This document shows, piece by piece, positions 15,562 through 25,307 of a stretch of DNA of 38,788 nt (positions are counted from its first letter, which is position 1; every line of letters begins with the position of its first letter). The DNA comes from Armatimonadota bacterium (lineage in GTDB: Bacteria; Sysuimicrobiota; Sysuimicrobiia; Sysuimicrobiales; Humicultoraceae): NCBI GenBank assembly GCA_052386995.1, contig JBQTJP010000160.1, positions 1-38,788 on the forward strand. Direction: 5' to 3'. A program made the position numbers and the translations under genes. Under the pieces are notes generated by a model. The model saw only the letters and a list, made by a program, of their open reading frames with translations, made no database searches and was not told the origin of the DNA.

Positions 15562-18138
15562 CTAAGGTGCCGGCGCGGTCAGTACGCGCACTGGCGGCGA
15601 AAACGTGTGGCTTTCGAAGTGCGCCGGGTTGAGAGGATCGCCCAGCGCCTTCTGGATCGTGGTTCGCACCCTGTAGAAGCCGTCCGGGACGAGTTTCCCG
15701 TCGGGGTCGCGCCCATCCCAGGCGAGGACGAAGAAGGAGCTGCGCGAAGCGTTTCTGGGCAGGAAATCCTGCCTGAAGACCCGGCCGATGGGCAAGCCGT
15801 TGGGATGAGTAAAGACCTCGATCACCAAGCGCTGTACCTGGTGGTCGAGGTGGACGAAGATGAACAGCGGTTCCTCCTTGGGGTTGAAGGTCACCTCTGG
15901 CGCCCCTGGCGGTACGCATTGGCCATCGTTGAACGGCAGCGAGCGCACCTTCGCCAGACACGGCACCCGCCCGTTTGTCGTCGGGACCAGCGCCTGGATA
16001 GACTGGTAGTCGCCCTTGAAGCCGGCATAGGGGACCACCATCCGCGGCCTGGATCCACCCTCGCGCGGCGTCAGGACGATATAGCCGCCATAGAGGCTGC
16101 GGTCGGCCAGCGCCGCATTCGGCGTGATCGTCACGTCCACCGTCCGGCTGCTCCCTGCGGGGACCGCAACGGAGGAGGCGCTGAACGACACCGACGCCGG
16201 CGCGTTGAAGAACGCTGGAACGAACGTGTTGGGCCCGGTCGCCAGCGCCGCCCTGTGCGACAGGTCGAATGTGAGCTCAATGTTGTCGCCGTTGTGAATG
16301 GTCAGGCGCTTGGTCACCGGCCCTGTACCCTCGCCCAATGCGAGCTTGCCTGGCGTGACCAGGCGGTTCTTGCGGACAGCCTGCGAGATGTTCAGCAGTC
16401 CCGCGCCCTGTCTGTGCACGTTGTCCAGGAATCCCAACCCCGGGTTGCCAAACCAGAGGATGGGCGAGGCGTTGTTCATCAACTTGTCGCGCACGAGTTC
16501 GGTCGGGAATCCGGGCGAATCCTCGAGCAGCAGCGCTACGGCGCCCGCCACGTGCGGCGAGGACATCGAGGTGCCGCTGATCGTCCGATATGCTCCTAGC
16601 TCGAGCGGATACGTCGATCTGATCAGCCCGCCGGGGGCCGTGATGTCCGGCTTGACGGCCAGGTCGGGGCTGAGCCCGTAGGAGGTGAACGAGGACGACA
16701 CGCCGCCGGTCGGGTTGGGGGCGTTGATCCGTACTGCGGTCCAGGTGACGGTGACGGATCCGGTCAAGCCTCGAATGTGCGTGCCGTCGGCCTGGGAGAT
16801 GCCGACGCCAAAGATGGCCCGGGGCGTGACTCCGCCGCCGGAGAACAGGCCGGGCGTGTTGTTGTGGATGATCACGCCGGAGGCCCCGGCCGCAAACGCC
16901 CGCTGGTACTTCTCATTGAATGTGCACACACCGCGGACGATCAGCGCGACCTTCCCGCGGGGATCGACCAGGTAGGGGTCCGCCAGGCATCCCTGGCCGA
17001 CGAAGACGACCTCCGCGGAGGTGCCGCTCGTCGGCGGATCGGGCGTCGTGGCCAGCGGGATGTACGCGACTTGCCTGCCGCCCGGGTTGGCGTTGAACGA
17101 CAGCGCGTTGATGTGGGTGTTGTCCACCGAGCCAACGCCGATGACCTTGCTCCCGAGACCCGGCGAGCCGCCGCTGTAGAGTCCCTCGGTGCCGCTGTTG
17201 CCGAACGACGCGACGACCACAACCCCGTTCTCAACCAGGATATCGCTCGCGACGGACGTCGGGTGCTGCGGCCACTGGCGGGCCGAGCCGATGCTCATGT
17301 TCAGGACATCCATGCCGTCGCCCAGGATCATCTCCATAGCCGCGATCATGATGTCGGAGAACGTCGAGCCGTCACACCCGAAGACCCTGTACGCGCCAAA
17401 CTGGACCCATGGCGCCACGCCGGTGGCCCCTGGGGTGCCGGCGGCGCGGGCCCCGACGATGCCGGCGACATGCGTTCCGTGGCCGTTGCAGTCATCGGGA
17501 TCGGGATCTGGTTTGGGAATCTGTTGCGCCGGGGGGCCGCCGGCGTCGAAGTTGTCACCCACGAAGTCAAAGCCTGTGATGACGCGCTCGGTGGGGAACG
17601 GACCGGGACCCCCGAGGTCCGGGTGGTCGTAGTCTATGCCGGTGTCCATCACGGCCACCTTGACGCCGAACCCGCTCAGACCCAACTCGGACTGCACGAC
17701 ATCCGCTCCGGTCATGGCCAGGGCGGTCTGGAGTTGCGGGTCGCTCGTCGAGGTCGTAGTCGGCGGGAGCGAGTGCCTGAGAACCGGAAACACCGCGCGC
17801 ACGCCGGCCACCCGGGCGAGGGCGGTGACCTGCGCGGGCGACGCGTCAACCGAGAGGCCGTTGAACAGCGTGTGGAACGATTGGCGCTCTCTGAACGCGG
17901 CGCCTGCGGCGCGGGCATTGCGGCGGAAGTCCTGACGTTCCCGGGCCAGCCTGGCCAGCTGACCGGCGACGGCGCTGGCAGGCGTGCCGCGCCGGAGCGC
18001 GGCAACCGGCGCGCCTTCGAGCTGGATGAAGTATGCGCTCGCCACTTCGGCAGAGGACAAAGACTGCGCGCGTACAGGGAGCGCTCCTGCGGCAATCAGG
18101 AGCGTAACGACAGCGGCCGTAAGGATCCGCCGGGGCAT
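15562..18138 (-). CDS. Secreted S8 subtilase (Vpr-like): signal peptide, I9-like propeptide, catalytic domain with PA insert, Fn3/Ig-like C-terminus
   Basis: MPRRILTAAVVTLLIAAGALPVRA signal; triad VAVMDTGIDY, HGTHVAGI, GTSMSSPHVAG; PA motif GKVALIVRGVCTF.EK; WDGRDPDGKLVPDG.Y FlgD-Ig-like tail. Confidence 0.95.
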   Translation of the reverse strand: MPRRILTAAVVTLLIAAGALPVRAQSLSSAEVASAYFIQLEGAPVAALRRGTPASAVAGQLARLARERQDFRRNARAAGAAFRERQSFHTLFNGLSVDASPAQVTALARVAGVRAVFPVLRHSLPPTTTSTSDPQLQTALAMTGADVVQSELGLSGFGVKVAVMDTGIDYDHPDLGGPGPFPTERVITGFDFVGDNFDAGGPPAQQIPKPDPDPDDCNGHGTHVAGIVGARAAGTPGATGVAPWVQFGAYRVFGCDGSTFSDIMIAAMEMILGDGMDVLNMSIGSARQWPQHPTSVASDILVENGVVVVASFGNSGTEGLYSGGSPGLGSKVIGVGSVDNTHINALSFNANPGGRQVAYIPLATTPDPPTSGTSAEVVFVGQGCLADPYLVDPRGKVALIVRGVCTFNEKYQRAFAAGASGVIIHNNTPGLFSGGGVTPRAIFGVGISQADGTHIRGLTGSVTVTWTAVRINAPNPTGGVSSSFTSYGLSPDLAVKPDITAPGGLIRSTYPLELGAYRTISGTSMSSPHVAGAVALLLEDSPGFPTELVRDKLMNNASPILWFGNPGLGFLDNVHRQGAGLLNISQAVRKNRLVTPGKLALGEGTGPVTKRLTIHNGDNIELTFDLSHRAALATGPNTFVPAFFNAPASVSFSASSVAVPAGSSRTVDVTITPNAALADRSLYGGYIVLTPREGGSRPRMVVPYAGFKGDYQSIQALVPTTNGRVPCLAKVRSLPFNDGQCVPPGAPEVTFNPKEEPLFIFVHLDHQVQRLVIEVFTHPNGLPIGRVFRQDFLPRNASRSSFFVLAWDGRDPDGKLVPDGFYRVRTTIQKALGDPLNPAHFESHTFSPPVRVLTAPAP

Positions 18139-18267
18139 CCGGGCACCACCCCCTCTATGGAGTTCCTGCCGCCCCTCGGGCACGAAACGGCAGGGCGAAA
18201 TCGAGCGGGAATGCCCAGCACCATTCGCTGGCATAATCCAGAATCCTTTGGAAGCTTGTGAGAAGGT

Positions 18268-19713
18268 TTAAGGAAGTTCCTCCCAGGCCGCGACCCAGGC
18301 CACCTCGGCCGGCTGTCCGTCGGTGGGTGAGGAGACGCGCAGGCCCGGCGTGCCCAGCACGGCCGGATCGTAGCGAATGACCACCGTGGCGGCGAAATTG
18401 CGGAAGCTCAAATCGGGATCCCCGGACAGCACCGCACCGACCACATCGACGTGCCCGCCTTGTCCCACGTCAAACAGCCGGCTGGTGTACACGAGGCCGT
18501 GCGCGCGCAGCCGGGCGCCCTGTGTCACGGTAATGCCGCCGTTGTCCAGCACGATGATCCCCGGCAGCGTACGCGTGGGCGCCGTGTGCGTCACCTGCAG
18601 TGCAGCGCCGTGGCCGATGTGTATCGTGCTGTCGGTGATCACTGCACCGTCGCGAACCTCCATGCGCTCGCCCTCGCGGAGCACCACGCCGCCCTCGACG
18701 TACACCACCCCATGGAACAAGGGCGGTGCGAGTCCGACCCGCAAGAACGCCTGAACCTTGTCGAAGTGCGCGCGCGAATACAGGCTGTCCTGCTTTCGGG
18801 CGAGCTCGCTGTCGGTATGGTGCCTGCCCGCGGCTTCGTTGAGAGCGGCGTTGCCGATGTTCGCCGAGGCCTGCCGCTGAAAAAACGTTCGATCCACATC
18901 GGGCGACCGGGGGAACGCCGCCGTTCGCAGGACCACGCCTTCGACATGGACACCCGCGTTGCGCAACTGCTGAATGTCCACGCGCTTGTGGTCAGGGCCC
19001 AGCGTGACCTCACCGGCCCGCGAGGTCAGCAGGCGGACGGGCTCGGGACGGAGCGGCGCGGCATCCGGCGCGTCAACGGGTCCGGGCGCGACCACGGCAG
19101 ATGCGGAGCGGTCATTGATCGAGACCGCGGTGGTGGCAAACCAGATCTCCTTTCCGGCGGCGACGTGGATCCACGGACGATCTCCGATCCCGGCGCCATA
19201 GGGAAGCAAGAATGCTTCGGCGGGGCGCTGCTCGAAACGCACGATGCCGTCGCCGTGCAGCGCCGCCAGCAGCGCCGATGAAGCGAGATACACGCGCGCC
19301 CGCACGCGCCGGTGCCCCCCGGCCACCTCGCCCGCGCTGGTAATCACGATCGCGCCGCCCGGGCCATCGGCGAGGGCGAGGGTAAATCGGCCGGTCAGCG
19401 ATCCAACGGTCATTGGCTCGGTGTGCGCGGCGGGCCGCCAGGTGCGGCCCGGGGACCGACCGTCCGGAGTGACCGACTCGAGCACCGCAAGAGCTCTGTA
19501 CACTCCCGCCTCTGCAATCGCCATGGCCGCCGCCGCCCGAAGACGCCCGCCGGCGCGGGTCTGTTGCTGGTTCATAAACCAGATGAAGCCCGCCGATGCT
19601 CCGGCGACCGTGAGCAGGAGAATCAGCACGACGATCAGCGCGACTCCGGCCTCTCCGCGTTTGCCGGACAGGACGCGCTGCGTGGCCCCTGGTGAAACGG
19701 ACAACCGGGTCAC
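18268..19713 (-). CDS. PilX/GspK-like minor pilin with large C-terminal beta-rich domain
   Basis: KRGEAG|VALIVVLILLL class III signal lacking Glu+5; A.AIAEAGV..A helix; ITSAGEV; C-terminal GVVYVEG/GLVYT/VGAVL..IRYDP repeats. Start GTG 19713 overlaps the upstream TGA. Confidence 0.75.
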   Translation of the reverse strand: MTRLSVSPGATQRVLSGKRGEAGVALIVVLILLLTVAGASAGFIWFMNQQQTRAGGRLRAAAAMAIAEAGVYRALAVLESVTPDGRSPGRTWRPAAHTEPMTVGSLTGRFTLALADGPGGAIVITSAGEVAGGHRRVRARVYLASSALLAALHGDGIVRFEQRPAEAFLLPYGAGIGDRPWIHVAAGKEIWFATTAVSINDRSASAVVAPGPVDAPDAAPLRPEPVRLLTSRAGEVTLGPDHKRVDIQQLRNAGVHVEGVVLRTAAFPRSPDVDRTFFQRQASANIGNAALNEAAGRHHTDSELARKQDSLYSRAHFDKVQAFLRVGLAPPLFHGVVYVEGGVVLREGERMEVRDGAVITDSTIHIGHGAALQVTHTAPTRTLPGIIVLDNGGITVTQGARLRAHGLVYTSRLFDVGQGGHVDVVGAVLSGDPDLSFRNFAATVVIRYDPAVLGTPGLRVSSPTDGQPAEVAWVAAWEELP

Positions 19714-20117
19714 TGGCCGACGAACTCGCACGCGATGGAGATATACCGCAGGGTCGTCAGCGTTACACTGCGCTGCTGCCGCTCCTGGACCCACGAGATG
19801 GTTGCGCTCAACTCCCACATGTTCTTGCCGGGCGCCGGCCGCGCCAAGACTTGGCGCGTATAGCGATACCGGTGCTGGCCCTCGACCTCTGTGGGAAGGT
19901 TCTGACGAAACGACGAGCCGCATGGTGCGGCCGTCAGCGTCGCCAACGTCTCTTCCGCCAGACCGGTGGCCGTGTTCATCCCCCCTGCCAGCGCCGCGGC
20001 CCGCAGGCCGATGCCGAACGCCGTGAAGATGATCATTGCCACGACACCCAGCAGCATCGTGGCAATGAGCACTTCGAGCAGGGTCATCCCCTGCTGATCG
20101 GTTCCGCCTCGGTTCAT
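19710..20117 (-). CDS. Type IV minor pilin / pseudopilin (PilV/GspI-like)
   Basis: QQG|MTLLEVLIATMLLGVVAMII prepilin cleavage/N-methylation motif with Glu+5; 135 aa. Confidence 0.9.
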   Translation of the reverse strand: MNRGGTDQQGMTLLEVLIATMLLGVVAMIIFTAFGIGLRAAALAGGMNTATGLAEETLATLTAAPCGSSFRQNLPTEVEGQHRYRYTRQVLARPAPGKNMWELSATISWVQERQQRSVTLTTLRYISIACEFVGQ

Positions 20118-20163
20118 CGCAAGACCACTCCCCGACGATATTCGGCCAGGGGGCTGCGACTCC

Positions 20164-20193
20164 TTGCCTAGCGCTGTGAGGGTATGCTAGCAT
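20164..20193 (+). promoter_or_regulatory. Putative promoter of the rimP-nusA-infB operon
   Basis: TTGCCT (20164-20169), 18 nt, TAGCAT (20188-20193) with extended TG. Confidence 0.5.
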
Positions 20194-20246
20194 GATCGGT
20201 GGTTGCTGCATCGAGTTGCCGGTCCTCAGCCGGCGTGCGGCGACGC

Positions 20247-20275
20247 GAGTGGGTGAACCGACCCGCTCATTTTTT
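20247..20275 (+). promoter_or_regulatory. rimP leader attenuator hairpin
   Basis: GAGTGGGT-gaaccg-ACCCGCTC-A-TTTTTT in the rimP 5' UTR, matching the widely conserved rimP-leader terminator. Confidence 0.8.
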
Positions 20276-20311
20276 ATGGCGGGGCAGGCCGAAAGCCGAA
20301 GGAGCATGTGC

Positions 20312-20818
20312 ATGAGACAGCCGGCCTGGGCGGCAGGCGTCGAGAGGCTCGCGGCGGCCGTGGCCGCCCGCTGGGGAGTGAGGCTGGCGGGTGTGGATGT
20401 GCTCGGCGACGGTCCCAGGATGACCGTCCGGGTCAGCGTCGAGGGGGAGGACGGAGTCAGCGTTGAGCTGTGCGCGAAGATTTCTGAGGAGTTGAGCCGC
20501 GCCCTCGACCTGCACGATCCGATCCCGCATCACTACACGCTTGAAGTCGCCTCGCCCGGGCTCGATCGCCGGCTGCGGGAAGAGGCCGATTACCGCCGGT
20601 TTGTCGGCAGGACGGCGGCGATCGTCACCCGCGAGCCCATCGAGGGACGCCGGCGGTGGAAGGGTCGGCTCGTGGGGATAGACGGCGGCGACGTTGTGCT
20701 GAGTGTGGATGGAGAACCCGCGCGCGTGCCGCTGGACCGGATTGCGGAGGCGCGCCTGGTGGTGGACATGACCGATCTTCGTGAGGACTTTGCCAGAGGA
20801 GGACGCATCAACCCATGA
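20312..20818 (+). CDS. rimP: Ribosome maturation factor RimP
   Basis: GVSVELCAKISEELS..LD..DPI...YTLEVASPGLDR.L; AAGGAG SD before ATG 20312. Confidence 0.95.
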   Translation: MRQPAWAAGVERLAAAVAARWGVRLAGVDVLGDGPRMTVRVSVEGEDGVSVELCAKISEELSRALDLHDPIPHHYTLEVASPGLDRRLREEADYRRFVGRTAAIVTREPIEGRRRWKGRLVGIDGGDVVLSVDGEPARVPLDRIAEARLVVDMTDLREDFARGGRINP

Positions 20819-22041
20819 ACGCGGAGCTGCTGCGGGCCCTGGATCAACTCGAAGAGGAGAAGGGAATCACCAAGGACATCATCTTCGAGGCGATTGAGGC
20901 GGCCCTGCTGTCGGCCTACAAGAAAAACTTCGGGGCCACCGCCCAAAACATGCGCATCGAGATGGAGCGCGACACCGGCGAGATGCGGGCCTACCAGGTC
21001 CGCACCGTCGTCGAGGACGTCGACGATCCGACGCTGCAGATCGCGCTGTCCCAGGTGCGGGAGTGGGATCCGAGCGCGCAGGTGGGCGAGATGGTCGAAG
21101 TCGAGGTCACGCCCAAGGACTTCGGACGCATTGCCGCCCAGACCGCCAAGCAGGTAATCGTGCAGCGGGTGCGCGAGGCGGAGCGCGAGCTCGTCTACAA
21201 AGAGTTTCGCGACCGCGAGGGCGACATCGTCACCGGCATTGTGCAGCGGATCGAGCGCAAGAACGTCTTTCTCGACCTCGGGCGTATTGAAGCCGTCCTG
21301 CCGCCGCCGGAGCAGATCCCTCGGGAGGGCTACCGGCAGGGTGAGCGCGTGAAGGCGTACGTCGTGGAGGTACGCCAGGGCACGCGCGGCCCCCAGATCG
21401 TGGTCTCGCGCACGCACCCCGGGCTGCTCAAGCGGCTGTTCGAGCTCGAGGTTCCCGAGGTGTACGAAGGGATCGTGGAGATCAAGGCGATCGCCCGCGA
21501 GGCGGGCACCCGGAGCAAGATCGGCGTCGCCTCGCGCGATCGCAACGTCGATGCCGTGGGCGCCTGCGTGGGGCCCAAGGGCTCGCGCGTCCAGGCCATC
21601 GTCGATGAGCTTCGCGGGGAGAAGATCGACATCGTGGCATGGGCCCCGGATATTTCGCTGTTCGCGGCTGCGGCCCTGAGCCCGGCGAAGGTCGTCCGCG
21701 TTGAGATTAACGAAGCGACGAAGACGGCGCTGGTGATCGTTCCCGACCATCAGCTGTCGCTGGCCATCGGCCGCGAAGGCCAGAATGCGCGGCTGGCGGC
21801 AAAGCTCACCGGGTGGCGTATCGATATCAAGAGCGAGTCGCAGATCCGCGAGATCGAGGCTCAGAAGATCTTTGTCGATCTTCCGGAGGAGGAGCCCGCG
21901 CCCTCGCAGCCGGCCCCGGCCGAGGTGGCCGCCGAGGTGGCCGCTGCCCCCGAACAGGAAACTCCGGCTGTGGAGGCGGTCGTGTCCACCGGCGCGGTGC
22001 CGGCTGGAGTTCCCGATACCTCGGGAGAGGAGCAGAAGTAG
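20815..22041 (+). CDS. nusA: Transcription termination factor NusA
   Basis: [15 protein letters not shown]1 and KH domains, [36 protein letters not shown]. Confidence 0.99.
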   Translation: MNAELLRALDQLEEEKGITKDIIFEAIEAALLSAYKKNFGATAQNMRIEMERDTGEMRAYQVRTVVEDVDDPTLQIALSQVREWDPSAQVGEMVEVEVTPKDFGRIAAQTAKQVIVQRVREAERELVYKEFRDREGDIVTGIVQRIERKNVFLDLGRIEAVLPPPEQIPREGYRQGERVKAYVVEVRQGTRGPQIVVSRTHPGLLKRLFELEVPEVYEGIVEIKAIAREAGTRSKIGVASRDRNVDAVGACVGPKGSRVQAIVDELRGEKIDIVAWAPDISLFAAAALSPAKVVRVEINEATKTALVIVPDHQLSLAIGREGQNARLAAKLTGWRIDIKSESQIREIEAQKIFVDLPEEEPAPSQPAPAEVAAEVAAAPEQETPAVEAVVSTGAVPAGVPDTSGEEQK

Positions 22042-22050
22042 GCGAGCGGG

Positions 22051-22341
22051 ATGCCCAGGGTTCGCCATGTCCCCCAGCGGCAGTGTGTGGCCTGCCGGCA
22101 GATGCGTCCCAAACGGGAGATGGTCCGGGTCGTCAGAACGCCCGCCGGCGACGTACGGGTGGATCTCACCGGCAAGGCATCGGGCCGTGGGGCGTATGTG
22201 TGTCCGAGCGAGGGGTGCGCTGCCGCGGCGGTCCGGGACCGGCGCCTCGAGCATGCGCTGGCCGTACCAATCCCGGAGGTGCTCGCCGACGAATTGCAGG
22301 CGGCGATTCGCCGCTTCACACAGCTAGCCGGCAAGGTCTAG
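22051..22341 (+). CDS. ylxR: YlxR/RnpM (DUF448) RNA-binding protein
   Basis: PQRQCVACR...K..MVRVV...D.TGK..GRGAYVC....C. Confidence 0.93.
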   Translation: MPRVRHVPQRQCVACRQMRPKREMVRVVRTPAGDVRVDLTGKASGRGAYVCPSEGCAAAAVRDRRLEHALAVPIPEVLADELQAAIRRFTQLAGKV

Positions 22342-22351
22342 GAGGTAGTGC

Positions 22352-24979
22352 ATGCGGGTTTACGAGCTCGCGAAGGATCTCGGCCTGACCACCAAGGAGC
22401 TCATGGACACATTGGCCACGCTCAAGGTGGCCGTGAAGAGCCACAGCAGCACGCTGACGGTGGCGGCAGAGGAGCGGGTCCGCACGCACATCGCGGCCAC
22501 ACGTCCTGCCAAAGGCAAGAAAGCCTCGGCCGCCGCCCAACCGCCCGCGGCCGCCCCGCGGCCCGCGGTTCCTCCCGCCGCCGCGCTACATCCTGACGCC
22601 AGGACGGCGACGGGCGAGCGGATCCTAGGCATCCGAAAGATCGTGCTGCCGCCCCCGGCTCCAGAGCCGCCCGTCCAGCCCACCGCGGAAGTCTCCGCCG
22701 AAGCCACGGGCGCAAGCACAGCGGAAGCGTCCACGCGTCAAGAGGTTCCTATCAGGCCCGAGGCTGTGCCCAGGCCCGAGCGGTACGACGCCCCCCCGAG
22801 GGTCGTCTCGCGACCGGCCGCGCAGGCACCGGGTGCTCCCGCGGCCGCTCCGGTATCCGGTGCTCCCTCGACGTCTCACGCCTCGGCGGCCGCGCCTCCG
22901 GTCGAGGCGCCACGGGCGCCGTCCAGACCCGGTCCGCGCCATGCGCCGGATGTTCCTCCGGGGGCCGTTCGGATTGAGCCGGTCAAGCCCCCGCGCCGGG
23001 ACGCCCACCGTGAAGCGCCGCGCCAGCCTCAGGAGCGAGAGGCTCCTTCTGCGCCAGCCGCGGTTCCTCCACGAGCCACACCCCCCGGTGATCGCCGGCG
23101 TCCGGCAGCGGGCGACGGCAGAAGCCCAGGCCGGCCGCAGTTCCAGCCGCGCCGGCCCATGCGGCGCCTGCCTCGCCGCCGCCGCCGGGTGCCCGTGCGG
23201 CCCGAGCCCGAGCCGGTGGAAGCCGCGCCGGCTGTCGCCAGCGAGATCGAACTGTTGGGTGCGATCACTGTCGGTGAACTCGCCACCCGTCTTGGCGCGC
23301 CGCCGGGAGAGATCGTCCGGCGACTGCTCGATCATGGTGTGCTGGCCGGCATGAACCAGCAGATACCTGTCGATCTGGCGCAGAAGGTTGCCGAGACCTT
23401 CGGGACGGTGGTTCAGCGCCCGGCCGCCCCGGCGAAGGCAGAACCCGCGCCTACGAAAATTGAGCGCATGACCGTCGCTGCCGGCCAGGGAGCGATGCCC
23501 CGGCCGCCCGTGGTGACCGTCATGGGACACGTGGACCACGGGAAGACGACCCTGCTCGATGCAATCCGCCGCACCAAGGTGGCGGAGCAGGAGTTCGGCG
23601 GCATCACCCAGCACATCGGCGCCTCGGTGGTTCAGGCTGACGGCCGGCCGATCGTCTTCATCGATACGCCAGGCCACGAGGCCTTCACCGCGCTGCGCGC
23701 GCGCGGCGCTCAGGTGACGGACATCGCCGTCCTGGTCGTGGCCGCCGATGACGGGCCGATGCCGCAGACGGTCGAGGCGATGAATCACGCCAGGGCCGCC
23801 GGCGTGCCGATCCTCGTGGCCATCAACAAGATCGATCTGCCGCAGGCCAATCCCGATCGGGTCAAGCAGGCTCTGTCCGACATCGGTCTGGTGCCCGAGG
23901 ATTGGGGCGGGGACGTCATCACGGTACCGGTCTCCGCGCGCCAGGGCACGGGCCTGGACCACCTGCTCGAAATGATTCTCCTGGTCGCCGATCTGCAGGA
24001 ACTGAAGGCCGAGGTCGACCGGCCGGCGCGCGGCACGGTCATCGAAGCCCGCCTGGACCGCGGCCGCGGGCCCGTCGCCACGGTCCTTATTCAGGAAGGA
24101 CGCCTGGAGGTCGCGGACGCGATTGTTGCCGGCGAAGCGCATGGGCGCGTCCGGGCCATGATTGACGCCAATGGGAAGCGGCTCGACGAGGCAACACCCT
24201 CCACGCCGGTGGAGGTGGTCGGACTGGTTGATGTACCCGTCGCCGGAGATCTGCTCGAGGTCGTCCGCGACGAACGGCTGGCCAAGGCCATCGTAGAGGA
24301 ACGGCGTGAGCGCAGACGAGCGGTCGAGCAGGCGCAGACACGGCCCATCGCCCCCGAGGACGCCGAGGGGCCGAAAGAGTTACGGCTGATCATCAAGGCC
24401 GATGTCCACGGATCGGTCGAAGCGCTGACCGCCGCGATCGCCAAGATGACCGGGCCGGAGGTGACGTTCTACGTGCTCCATTCCGGCGTGGGGAATGTCA
24501 CTGAATCCGACGTGATGCTGGCCGCGGCCAGCCGCGCGATGATTATCGGCTTCAACGTCCGGCCCGATGCCCAGGTGCGCCGCATCGCCGAGGCCGAAGG
24601 GATCGACGTACGGCTGTACCGCGTGATCTATGAAGCGCTCGATGACCTGGGACAGCTGCAAAAGGGCATGGTCGCCCCGAAGACCCGCGAAGTGGTGCTG
24701 GGGCAGGCCGAGGTGCGCAAGACCTTTTCGATCTCCCGGTTGGGCACGATCGCCGGATCGTACGTCACCGGCGGGCGCATCCTGCGGGGTGCGCAGGCTC
24801 GTGTCATCAGGGACGGTGTCGTCGTGTTCGAAGGCCGGATCGCGTCGCTGCGGCGGTTCAAGGACGACGTGCGTGAAGTCACCGATGGTTTCGAGTGCGG
24901 CATCGGTATCGAACGGTTCAACGATATCAAGGAGCGCGACATCATCGAGGCCTTCGAAGTGCAGCAGGTGCCGGCCTGA
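22352..24979 (+). CDS. infB: Translation initiation factor IF-2
   Basis: MRVYELAK N-domain, Pro/Ala linker, RPPVVTVMGHVDHGKTTLLD, DTPGHEAF, NKID, SLRRFKDDVREV. Confidence 0.99.
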   Translation: MRVYELAKDLGLTTKELMDTLATLKVAVKSHSSTLTVAAEERVRTHIAATRPAKGKKASAAAQPPAAAPRPAVPPAAALHPDARTATGERILGIRKIVLPPPAPEPPVQPTAEVSAEATGASTAEASTRQEVPIRPEAVPRPERYDAPPRVVSRPAAQAPGAPAAAPVSGAPSTSHASAAAPPVEAPRAPSRPGPRHAPDVPPGAVRIEPVKPPRRDAHREAPRQPQEREAPSAPAAVPPRATPPGDRRRPAAGDGRSPGRPQFQPRRPMRRLPRRRRRVPVRPEPEPVEAAPAVASEIELLGAITVGELATRLGAPPGEIVRRLLDHGVLAGMNQQIPVDLAQKVAETFGTVVQRPAAPAKAEPAPTKIERMTVAAGQGAMPRPPVVTVMGHVDHGKTTLLDAIRRTKVAEQEFGGITQHIGASVVQADGRPIVFIDTPGHEAFTALRARGAQVTDIAVLVVAADDGPMPQTVEAMNHARAAGVPILVAINKIDLPQANPDRVKQALSDIGLVPEDWGGDVITVPVSARQGTGLDHLLEMILLVADLQELKAEVDRPARGTVIEARLDRGRGPVATVLIQEGRLEVADAIVAGEAHGRVRAMIDANGKRLDEATPSTPVEVVGLVDVPVAGDLLEVVRDERLAKAIVEERRERRRAVEQAQTRPIAPEDAEGPKELRLIIKADVHGSVEALTAAIAKMTGPEVTFYVLHSGVGNVTESDVMLAAASRAMIIGFNVRPDAQVRRIAEAEGIDVRLYRVIYEALDDLGQLQKGMVAPKTREVVLGQAEVRKTFSISRLGTIAGSYVTGGRILRGAQARVIRDGVVVFEGRIASLRRFKDDVREVTDGFECGIGIERFNDIKERDIIEAFEVQQVPA

Positions 24980-25010
24980 CGTCCCGGCGGCGTGGTAGGA
25001 GGAGTGCGGC

Positions 25011-25292
25011 ATTATCGTCGGCGTCGCGCGTGCCGAACTGAGCCTGCCGGGCTCGCGGAGTCTGAAAGACAAGCGGCGCCTGATCAAGAGCCTGGTGGAG
25101 CGCGCGCAGCATCGCTTCCGCGTCTCCGCCGCCGAGGTTGATTACCACGACAGCTGGCGGAGGGCCGCCGTCGGGTTTGCCTGCATCTCGACATCCACCA
25201 GACATGCCCACGCGATCCTGGCGAAAGTCTCGGATCTGATTGAGCGGCAGGGCGAGATCGTGCTGATGGACTTCGACGTCGAGATCCGGTAG
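25011..25292 (+). CDS. ylxP: DUF503/YlxP family protein (apparent ATT start)
   Basis: (M)IVGVARAELSLPGSRSLKDKRRLIKSLVER...FRVSAAEVDYHDSWRRA; 93 aa from ATT 25011 with AGGAGG SD; usual position between infB and rbfA. Confidence 0.9.
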   Translation: MIVGVARAELSLPGSRSLKDKRRLIKSLVERAQHRFRVSAAEVDYHDSWRRAAVGFACISTSTRHAHAILAKVSDLIERQGEIVLMDFDVEIR

Positions 25293-25307
25293 GTGGAGCG
25301 AACCGTC

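Noticed and set aside
19714..20313. N-terminal 200 aa of track ORF 18268-20313
   Set aside because: Overlaps the pilV-like gene and the rimP leader; the class III signal peptide places the start at 19713.
22500..23240. Pro/Ala/Arg-rich repetitive stretch in infB
   Set aside because: Normal low-complexity IF-2 N-terminal linker; no DNA-level tandem repeat or insertion evident.
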